Source: Novakomyces olei
Taxonomy: Eukaryota
Direction of reading: 5' to 3'
Length of the DNA stretch: 64,000 bases
Assembly: GCA_016906335.1 (NCBI GenBank)
Contig: JADEYG010000009.1
Coordinates: 1 to 64,000 of the forward strand
The translations under genes were made by a program, and so were the position numbers. A model generated the notes under the pieces. That model was not told the DNA's origin and ran no database searches. It saw nothing but the letters and a program-made list of their open reading frames with translations. Below are positions 1 through 9,103 of the stretch, piece after piece (position 1 is the stretch's first letter; each line of letters opens with the position of its first letter).

Positions 1-119
1 CTAACTAACCCTAACTAACCCTAACTAACCCTAACTAACCCTAACTAACCCTGACTAACCCTGACTAACCCTGACTAACCCTGACTAACCCTAACCCTAA
101 CTAACCCTAACCCTAACCC
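1..119. repeat. Telomere repeat array (C-rich strand on +), chromosome left end
   Basis: (CTAACTAACC)x5 at 1-50, (CTGACTAACC)x4 at 51-90, then mixed CCCTAA/CCCTAACTAA to ~119. G-strand units are TTAGTTAGGG, TTAGTCAGGG and TTAGGG. Confidence 0.95.
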
Positions 120-450
120 ATTATTATACATACATTACTTTACCATACATTATTCCTCCATACATTATTCTACCATATATTATTATACATACATTACTTT
201 ACAATACATTATTTTACTATATATTATTATACCACACATTATTATACATACATTATTCCTCCATACATTATTCCTCCATACATTATTATACATACATTAC
301 TTTACAATACATTATTATACCATACATTATTATACCATACATTATTATACATACATTATTCCTATACATTAAATTACCATACATTATTATACTATACATT
401 ATTATACATACATTGCTTTACAATAAATTATTCTACTATACATTATTATA
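120..450. repeat. Telomere-adjacent degenerate AT-rich minisatellite (~17-18 bp, CATACATTATT core)
   Basis: Many imperfect tandem copies of 'catacattatt(a/c)...' directly inside the telomere. Confidence 0.85.
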
Positions 451-881
451 ATGCCACATAAAATGCATCCTGCGCCGTCATGAGCTTTTTATAAATCTTT
501 AAACCCATATATCTCCATAATTACTAATCCAATCTTGTAAACAAGTATATATTTACACTCCTACTGCACCCCTCTATCCAACCATACACTTTTTGTAAAA
601 ACACTTGTTCATTCGACGTTTTGTCACCTCTACACATGGACTACACACTCTTAATTTTTCTTATTTTTCTGACGTTTTTCTTATTATACTTTATTACTAT
701 GGGGCTCTCTCTATAATATTTTTATTATATTATCAGATAGCTATAATATGTGTAGACCATCTTGTATAATAATTATATTTTATAAATTCAGCAACCCTAC
801 CCTCGCCGCAATATGGTTTGCCAATGTTTTGGAATTAAGGCGGAAACTATTTTTGCTCTTACGTCGTTCTTACCCCCGTTT

Positions 882-1180
882 ATGCCAATTTCCTTAGCAT
901 TCCCGCGCAATTTCCCATATTATAATTTGGAATTTAGTCGGAAAATTCTCCCTAAAAAACCCTGCCTCCACGTTTCTCCTACCATTCTTATTAGAATTAC
1001 GCCATAATTCGCGGGAATGCTAAGGAAATTGGCATGACCCCCCCCTCATACATTAATTATTTTTCGAAATGGAATTATGGCGTAAAGGAAAAGCGAAAAC
1101 CCTGACTAGAATTATACATAATAAGAATCACATTACATAAAAATGGAATTTCGCCATAATTCCGGTTTGAATATATCTAG
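882..1180 (+). repeat. Subtelomeric structured repeat, copy 1 (inverted repeat plus ~190-bp unit ending ...GAATATATCTAG)
   Basis: 992-1180 is near-identical to 2782-2969, and its 3' half also occurs at 2691-2784. A perfect 26-bp inverted repeat lies at 882-907/1010-1035. Confidence 0.85.
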
Positions 1181-2305
1181 TTAATTGAGCGCAGTAAATC
1201 AATCCAGATAATATCGTATTAAATCCATTAGGCGGTTTCCAGCCTTTTGAAGCATCTCCTTGATATAAATAAGCACATGATGCACAAAAGCTTAAGAGTG
1301 CAGAATCAAAATCGTTGTTTTTAATTGGTTGTTTTAAAAGATATAAACCAATATAAAAAAGAAACCGTCGCGCAGTATCAAATAGACCAGCTTTGATTGC
1401 AAGTACAGTCCCCTCGACATTAGCCCTTTGAGCGTCGTCACAGTTCAACATCAGTCGAGTAATGAAAAATCGAATTGCCTGAGCCCAGTACGAAAAATAT
1501 CTTTTCTTAGTCGCAGGTAAAGTTGTTCGTCGAAAGTGGCGCACTCGTCCAGAATTGTCCGGCACAAAACTACTCAGTCTAGTCGCCATAGCTGAAGTCA
1601 TTTTCATATTGCTTTCATCAAATATATTGTTATATAAAAGCTCGATTTGTTCATCAATACTGTCAAGCACTGTGGATTCGAAATTGCTCAGGTTTTCCGT
1701 TTGTAAACAGACTCGATCAAACCCAAACTTCGTGACCCACGGTGGAATGTCTCTTTGATCGACATCACTTTCTGTTGCAGCACTGGGAAGGGTTATAAGG
1801 GTCTTTTCCAAGAACTTTCCTACAACGCCCTCCGCGGCTGAATTTGAGCTTGGTTTTAAACCATCTTTCGCAGCAACACGAAATATTTCAGAAATTGATT
1901 CTCTGTAAAACAAGTTTGTAGGGGTGAACAAACAATATGATCTTTTGATGTTCGAACAGTATGTTCTTTTGAGATATGCTGCTCAATGACCTTTCGCGAT
2001 GTTGAAGCAGCATCATAGCAAAAACTGCAGTAGTAGCCTTGGCAAACCTTTAGAAATAATAACGGTTCAACCACTTCACGCAGGCTCGGCGTGCTCCAAT
2101 ATATATTCAAAACAGGAGCGATATTCACGTCGTTTGCATTAATTACAGAAAGTGCAATTTGAAGTTCAGTTGACTTTAGCTTATGCGCCTGACGCAAATG
2201 CCTTTCGGCTGCGTTGGTTCCAACCTCGACCTTTACGCATGCCCGACAAGCCTTGCAAGCAACTACCTTTAAACCAAAGGCCTCCTCGATTCCCAAGTAC
2301 TCCAT
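1177..2305 (-). pseudogene. Truncated, frameshifted N-terminus of a telomere-linked helicase (TLH/RecQ-type) gene with an OrsD/DUF3505-like zinc-finger domain
   Basis: ORF 2305-1856 has two C2H2-like motifs (CxxC...HxxxxH) and 'LQTCF...KYF'. Overlapping ORF 1931-1128 has 'PPW', 'SALLSFCA' and 'WKPPNGFNTILSGLIYCAQL', resembling fungal TLH N-termini. It reads toward the telomere, changes frame near 1860-1900 and is cut by the repeat at ~1180, with no helicase motifs present. Confidence 0.6.
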
Positions 2306-2394
2306 GACTGAGTATATCTGTTCAAGTCTTTAATTACTACTAGAAACATGCTGTAATCTATTTTCGATATAATGCGAATCTTATTATTAATAGT

Positions 2395-2969
2395 GTGAAT
2401 TTCCTTTCCGTCGTCGCGATTTTTACCATATATTAACCTGGAATTATGCAGTAAAATCTACCCTCGAAAACCCTGTTTGACTATTTGTTATTCAATTCTT
2501 ATTAGAATTACGCCGTAATTCGCGACGACGAGCAGCAAATTCACATGACCCCCCTCCCATACATTAATTAATTTTCAAACTGGAATTACGCCGTAATTCT
2601 ACGTAGAACACCCTAACAAAAAATATAGCTAATAAAAACTACGATACATATATTTCGAATTACGGCGTAATTCGCGCAGGAATATGTATAGGAAAAGCGA
2701 AAACCCTGACTAGAATTATACATAATAAGAATCACATTACATAAAAATGGAATTTCGCCATAATTCCGGTTTGAATATATCTAGAATTACGCCATAATTC
2801 GCGGGAATGCTAAGGAAATTGGCATGACCCCCCCTCATACATTAATTATTTTTCGAAATGGAATTATGGCGTAAAGGAAAAGCGAAAACCCTGACTAGAA
2901 TTATACATAATAAGAATCACATTACATAAAAATGGAATTTCGCCATAATTCCGTCTTGAATATATCTAG
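2395..2969 (+). repeat. Subtelomeric structured repeat, diverged copy plus tandem copies
   Basis: Diverged inverted repeat 2395-2420/2520-2546; GAATTAC-GCC-GTAATTC palindromes at 2505, 2583 and 2657; units ending in CTAG at 2784 and 2969. Confidence 0.8.
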
Positions 2970-3944
2970 GCCTTCAATAACCGATTTGTCCTTAACGCGC
3001 TCCTCTTGGAGCGACGCGATCTGCGCCTGCAGCGTCTGCAGAAACGCGTTCAAGTCCTCTTGACTCATCGTAATTCAATAATTCGTTTGTGCTGCTAAAC
3101 CGTAGCAAAGCACCCTTCGTCGCAACAACTTAGTGCGAAATAAAACTTGTAAATCGAAATTTGTGTACGCCTCCGTGCGTGACACCTTTCAACGCCGTGT
3201 AAATCTGTAGCTTAGACGAGCTCACGGGCTTATAATAGTGTAAGGTGGCCCTTAGAGGGGAGCACCGCGGTGTAAACTCGCGTGTCGCTACAGGCGAACA
3301 CGGACTGTCCTTTGCGAGACCGCTCGACAAAGGAAGTTCAATCGGGTACCGCGCGAAGCGAGTACCGAGAAACGGGAACGTAGACTTGCGCCCGGCGCAA
3401 GAACTAAGGAAAAGGAAAAGGACGTTGTCCTTGAAAAGGCGACGGCGCTTCTCTAAAGCTTACCTGCTACAAGGTTATGTAGCAACTTTGAGATTATAAG
3501 CCCGTGGAGAGAGTTCTCTCCATGGGCGACTATGTAGACTATCCTATGAGGCTTAGCGGCTCGCTTAGCCACTTCGCGGCCTAAGCCTCATCCCACCACG
3601 ATCTCAATGCGATGGTCCCAGACCATCCGCATTGGGAAAGCGGTGGCGAGCTATGAACTCTATGGATCGATCTATCTAGCTTCGTAGCGATGCGCGATCG
3701 CTACTACTACTGTCATGCGCCGCGACGTGCCTACGTCGCGCGGGCATGGACGTGGACCTGCTTCGCGCGAGCCAGGTCCAACCTGCTCGCGAGCTAGGCC
3801 ACTTACGCGCTTCGCGCGAGTAATGTCCAACATTACCTCGCGCGAGCTATTTAGATCTATCTAGCCTGAAGTCATCGCCTTTGGCGCTACAGGACTTCAG
3901 GCGTCGTTCGCTGTCGTGGTTCACGCGAGGCGGGGATCATGACA
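2966..3944 (-). mobile_element. LTR retrotransposon D remnant: 5' LTR (~3239-3944), PBS and first ~33 gag codons; inserted in the integrase of element C and truncated by the subtelomere
   Basis: On the minus strand it starts TGTCATG at 3944, exactly where C integrase homology (HNVLNETL) stops, and ends CCTTACA at 3239. The PBS at 3236-3223 is complementary to 3506-3493. ATG 3068 gives MSQEDLNAFLQTLQAQIASLQEER, similar to the other gag N-termini. Confidence 0.7.
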
Positions 3945-5709
3945 TAAAGTCTCGTTAAGCACATTGTGAATCTTTATGTGGTGCGGTAATTCGATGCGGT
4001 AAGCCGATCGTCCAACGGATTCGAGAACTTTGAATGGTCCTATATGAGTGTGATCAAATTTATCACTGGGGCGATCGCTTCTGATGTGTTTCTTGCGTAT
4101 CCATACTAAATCTCCAGATTGATACTGTGGTCCCTGACGTACTCTGCGGTCGTAAAAACGTTTCATGTTTTCAGAGTTTTTCGTAATCATTTCCATAATT
4201 CTTTTAAAATGTTCGTTCCAGTCCTGAACGACACTGTTCGCTGAGGGATTCTCCGATATTGTAGGAGTCAGCGTAAAACGTGGTTGAAATCCATAGTTTG
4301 TAAAATAAGCCGAGGCTTTCGTAGTTGCACTCGTAGAGTTGTTCATTGCGATTTCGGCAAATGGTAACAAATGAATCCAGTTGTTTTGTAAATAATTCAA
4401 GTAGCATCTCAAATACTGTTCCAAAGTCTGATTCATCCTTTCTGTTTGTCCATCTGACTGTGGATGATGACTCGTAGACTTGTGTAATTTTATGCCAAGT
4501 TGCGCTGTAAGGCAGGTCCAAAATTTACTGACGAATCTTGGATCGCGGTCTGATATAATTTCGTCTGGTAGACCATGTAGTCGAACAATTTCACGAAGAA
4601 ACAAATTAGCCAAACTTTTTGCGTCAATTGTTTCCTTGCAGGCGATAAGATGAACCATTTTTGAGAATCGATCCACCACAACAAGAATACTGTCGTACCC
4701 TTGGGACTCTGGTAATTTGACAATAAAATCGAGCGACACAGAAATCCATGGTCGTGAGGCAGTAGGCAAAGGGTTCAACAATCCTGTTTTCTTTTGGCGA
4801 CTCACTTTGTTTCTTTTGCAAGTAGTACAAGCTTTCACGTAGTCAGTAACGTCTCTGACAACTCCAGGCCAAGTATAGTGTCTTTGCACAAGAGCCAAAG
4901 TCTTAGCTACACCAAAATGCCCAGCTAGCGGGTGATCGTGTGCGTTGGCCAGGACTTCCTTTCTGTTTTCTTCTGGTACAAAGTCCTTTAAAACTCCTTC
5001 TGGCAATTGGTTGGCCAACGTCTCAGCCGCATTCAATTCCAAATTTGTATCTGTAAATTTCTCATCGGGGAGCAATATCCTGTTTTGCTCTTGTTCGTAT
5101 GTATTAGTCTTTAAATCGTTTAGAGAGGAGCATCGACTAAGGGCATCAGCGGCTCCATTAGCAGCTCCTTTTCGGTAACTTATAATAAAATCGTATTCGG
5201 CCAGAATCTCAGACCATCTTGCTTGTCTTCGAGACAATTGCTTTGTAGTTCTGAATGTTTGTAGGTTTCGATGATCCGTGTAGACAAGTATTGGGTTTGG
5301 GTGACCTTGGAGGTAATGTCTCCAGGTTTTGAATGCCCAAACAATTGCGAGTAATTCCTTATCGTGGATATCGTAGTTCACTTCGGCCGGTGTGAGCTTC
5401 CTACTGATAAATGCCACAGGTCGACGGTGGTCTTCTGGTCCTTGCGTCAAAGCAGCGCCCAGCGCAAAGTCTGAAGCGTCTGTCTCTAGGATACATTCCA
5501 TTGACGGGTCATAATGTCGCAACATAACGTCTTTCTTAAAACAACTCTTTAAGTCATCGAAACTTCCTTGTTGCCTTTCAGTCCATTCGAATGTTTTATT
5601 CTTTCGTAGCGCCTGCGTTAGCGGCAGCGCTAGCTTTGCAAAGTCTTTGATAAACCTTCGGTAATAATTGCAAAATCCAAGAAACACTTGAACATCGTGG
5701 ACTGATTTT
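3945..5709 (-). pseudogene. pol: Element C pol, 3' part (RT thumb, RNase H, integrase), interrupted
   Basis: ETDASDFALGA (RNase H), HDHPLAGH...CTTC zinc finger, SLDF / SDRD / QTER catalytic core, IGPF module; cut by LTR D before any chromodomain. Confidence 0.93.
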
Positions 5710-6004
5710 TGTCAGGAGCTGACATGTGCCTGGCACAGAAGTTGCACTCGTGCAATTAGTGTGCAGGCATTAGTTTTTAGTATAGAATATTCTAGATAGT
5801 TTTGCTTAGTAATTTAGAACGCTAAGCGGAAGTATAAGTAGGGCCTTCTGGTATCTACTTTACTTACGCTTAGCCAACTAGTGAATATAACTGTTGTGCA
5901 ATTATTCTATTGTATTCTCCCTTTTCCCGCTAGCCGTTACGATAAGCGGCGTGCAATTAAGCAGTTGTACTCAGGCGTCGAGGTTCCTGTGACACGCACT
6001 GACA
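5710..6004 (+). repeat. 5' LTR of element B
   Basis: TG...CA ends, near-identical to 15830-16126, TATAAG at 5833. Confidence 0.95.
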
Positions 6005-6056
6005 GTGCTAAGCGTCCGTTTTAGTGGGACTAGGAAGAACATTTACGGTGGGAACG

Positions 6057-6962
6057 ATGGACCCCGCGAGTATGGAGGAGTTACAAAAGTTTTGCTCACA
6101 AGTGACCGACAGGCTGAAGTTCTTGGAACAAAAGAACACAGCGCTGACGGAGAGACTAGCAAGAGTGACTAGTGATGAGAACAGCACACGTGTGTCTGCC
6201 GGCCGCGAGCCGAAGATGGCGCCTCCGCCATTATTTTCCGGAGAGCGAGGGAAACTGAATGAATTTATCATGCAGACGAAAATGATAACCGATGTGCAGA
6301 GAGAAAGATACACGACCGAGAGACAAAAGGTTCTGTTTGCAGCATCGTACTTGCGTGGGGCCGCTTTTCGTTGGTGGGAGCCGCATATTTTGCGAGAGGA
6401 TGGAGAACTACTCGACGATTTTTCGCTGTTTTGCAACGAGCTACAACGCATGTTCGGAGATAGAGACATGAAGCGAACGGCACAGAGACAGCTTAGGCAG
6501 TTGAAACAAAAAAGCTCAGCATCGCATTATGCAGCTGAATTTGAAAGACTGAGCGCCTTTCTTGCGTGGAACGACGAGGCTCTAGCAGCGCAGTATTATG
6601 AGGGCCTTAAGGACAGTGTCAAGGATGAACTGGCACGAGCAGAATCGCCTAGAGATTTGAAAGCCCTTGTCGATGTGAGCATTAGAATCGACAACAGGCT
6701 GTTTGAGAGAAACCGCGACCGAGCCAGAATCTACAGAAGAGAACCATCGCCGGGAACAAGAGAGATGCCAATGGAAATCGACGTTATGAGAACACCGACA
6801 TTGTCAAGAGACGGCGAGAGAAAGTTCAAGCACGAAAAGCCTGTCGAGTGCTATAGATGCCACAAAAAGGGGCATATAGCAAAGCATTGCCGCGAAGAGA
6901 CGCGGACTGGAACAACGAAGAAATTTGAAACAAGGGACGACTCGGAAAAAGCAAACGCCTAA
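6057..6962 (+). CDS. gag: Gag of element B (retrotransposon gag domain plus CCHC zinc knuckle)
   Basis: EPKMAPPPLFSGER, AASYLRGAAFRW, PMEID, CYRCHKKGHIAKHC; first ATG at 6057. Confidence 0.93.
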   Translation: MDPASMEELQKFCSQVTDRLKFLEQKNTALTERLARVTSDENSTRVSAGREPKMAPPPLFSGERGKLNEFIMQTKMITDVQRERYTTERQKVLFAASYLRGAAFRWWEPHILREDGELLDDFSLFCNELQRMFGDRDMKRTAQRQLRQLKQKSSASHYAAEFERLSAFLAWNDEALAAQYYEGLKDSVKDELARAESPRDLKALVDVSIRIDNRLFERNRDRARIYRREPSPGTREMPMEIDVMRTPTLSRDGERKFKHEKPVECYRCHKKGHIAKHCREETRTGTTKKFETRDDSEKANA

Positions 6963-6970
6963 TCCAGGAG

Positions 6971-7686
6971 ATGGCTGCATTGGGCACAAATGACGAGAAA
7001 CCCATCAGAAAGGACAACAAACAAATTGAGGTGACAGCCGAACTGTGCGGAATAAGTTTCAGAGCATTGGTGGACTCTGGTGCACACCTGAACTTTATTA
7101 ACCCGCGGGTTGTCAATAAACTAAACATCGACATGAAGCAAATCAAAGAGCCAATCTTTGTACAGGTGGTGGACGGACGGCCATTGCCAGGAGGACCTGT
7201 CATACTTACAACGGGAGACCTTTCTTTGATAATAGACGACCGTCTTATGCCTACAAAATTCTACATGGCCGATATCGGGCGTCATGATATCATTCTTGGT
7301 ATACAGTGGTTGCACGACAACAACCCTTCGATTGATTGGAGAAAAGGAGCAATGTCGTTCAAAGAGGACGAAAAAACAGAGGAGATGTTGGAAATAAATC
7401 TTACGGAAACAAGAGAAAAGCAAGACGATATCCCGGAAGAATACAAGGACTACAAGGAAATATTTGCTAAAGAAAAGGCAGATTCGCTTCCTGAACATGG
7501 ATTATACGACCACGAGATAAGGCTGGTCGAAGGAGCCCAGATACCCTTTGGGCCAATTTACAGCACTGTACCCACTGAAGAAGAGAGAAAAAGGATATTG
7601 AGCGACCACCACGATCACCCGCTGGCGGGACACTTCGGATCGTCGCGAACATTGGAGTTAATCAAACGCCACTATGAATGGCCAGG
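6971..7686 (+). pseudogene. pol: Element B pol 5' part: aspartic protease fused in frame to the integrase N-terminus
   Basis: ALVDSGA and DIILG protease motifs; 'IPFGPIYS' (RT start) joins directly to 'TVPTEEERKRILSDHHDHPLAGHFG'; interrupted at WPG by element A. Confidence 0.9.
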
Positions 7687-8075
7687 TGTCACGAGTGTGA
7701 CATGGCCTTAAGTAAGACAGCGAATGCTGCATTACTTAAGGATAAGGACTATATAGTTTTATATAGTATTTCATAGCGATAGCACTAGGTAGTGCTATAC
7801 AGCACCACCTTGTGCTATTACTTAGTTTCATAGAAGTCGTAGTGTATAAAAGGCTTCGCGGAAGACTTTTTACACTACGCAATATCATAAGCTACAACTT
7901 GAAGTCTCCAGGTGTCTTAGGAGAATAGGCTTAGCTTCTAGCTGTAGTTCCCTTAGTCTTCACTTACCGGAACCCCTATCGAAAGGCAGCGTGCTATCTG
8001 CCGCCCAAGGGGATTACTCGTCGTCGCGGCTGAATTCAAGCCGTGAGTCACCTAGTTGCGGGCCGACCCGTAACA
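7687..8075 (+). repeat. 5' LTR of element A
   Basis: TGTCACG...CGTAACA ends; TATAAAA at 7845; three copies in the window. Confidence 0.97.
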
Positions 8076-8171
8076 GTATATTGCGTCCACGTATTCGATA
8101 CCGGTTCGGATCGAGTGGGTGAAGAGAACGAATCGAGAGGAAGTGCTAGTCAGTCAAACTAGGCTTACAAG

Positions 8172-9095
8172 ATGGAACAAGTTGATGTATCAGAGTTGAA
8201 CCGTTTTTACCGAGCAACAGAGGAGAGATTTGCGATAATGGAAGCGGAAAACAAGTCTTTGAAAGAAAAGTTGCGTAGGGGTCAGAACGAGTTGGACCCG
8301 CGCGAACGAACGAAAGTTTTGGAGCCGAAGATGGCTAGTCCGCCCTTGTTCACGGGCGAGAGAAGTAAAGTGGATGAGTATTTGACTCAGGTGAAAATGG
8401 TGGTAACAGCGCAGCCGCAGCGATACGCCACGGACCGTGCGCGAGTTATGTTTGCCGCCTCTTTCCTGAGAGGCATTGCCTTTCGTTGGTTTAAGCCTTT
8501 TGTTGCAAAGAACGACCCGGCAATGCTCGATGATTTTGAGCGGTACTGTGACAGCATCGAGAAGCTGTATGGTGACCGAGACATGCGCGCTTCGGCGCAA
8601 AAGGAGATAAGAAGGCTACGTCAGAAGGGTTCAGTCGCTCAGTATGCGTCTGATTTTGAACGTCTTAGAGCCTATTTCGATTGGAACAACGAAGCGTTGG
8701 TGTCCCAGTTTATGGAGGGACTGAAAGATTCGGTGAAGGACGAGCTCGCTCATTCAGAGCCGCCCACGGAGCTGAGCGAATTGATAGATCACTGCATCAG
8801 AATCGATACGAGGGTGTACGAGCGTGAAAAAGATAAGTCGCGTTTTCGAGGCAGGTTGGAGCCACGCCGCCCAGAACGTACAAGCAATTACACGCCTATG
8901 GAAATTGACACTGTGAGCGAGAAGAGAGTACCCGAAAGGAAGTCGATGTCTACGGGTGAGAAGAAATGTTTTAATTGCGGAAGGGCAGGTCACTTTGCAA
9001 GACAATGCAGAGACAACACTGTCAACTTCAAAGGCCGAGAGTATGGCTACGCAGATGAAAACTCACGAGAAGCAAAAAAAAAAGAAAGAGCCTAA
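8172..9095 (+). CDS. gag: Gag of element A
   Basis: EPKMASPPLFTGER, AASFLRGIAFRWF, PMEID, CFNCGRAGHFARQC. Confidence 0.95.
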   Translation: MEQVDVSELNRFYRATEERFAIMEAENKSLKEKLRRGQNELDPRERTKVLEPKMASPPLFTGERSKVDEYLTQVKMVVTAQPQRYATDRARVMFAASFLRGIAFRWFKPFVAKNDPAMLDDFERYCDSIEKLYGDRDMRASAQKEIRRLRQKGSVAQYASDFERLRAYFDWNNEALVSQFMEGLKDSVKDELAHSEPPTELSELIDHCIRIDTRVYEREKDKSRFRGRLEPRRPERTSNYTPMEIDTVSEKRVPERKSMSTGEKKCFNCGRAGHFARQCRDNTVNFKGREYGYADENSREAKKKERA

Positions 9096-9103
9096 TTCAA
9101 ACG

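Noticed and set aside
3711-3944. TGTCATG...CATGACA segment as a separate solo LTR or MITE
   Set aside because: Flanks ACTAC and TAAAG are not a TSD; better explained as part of the longer LTR D, whose PBS pairing and gag fit.
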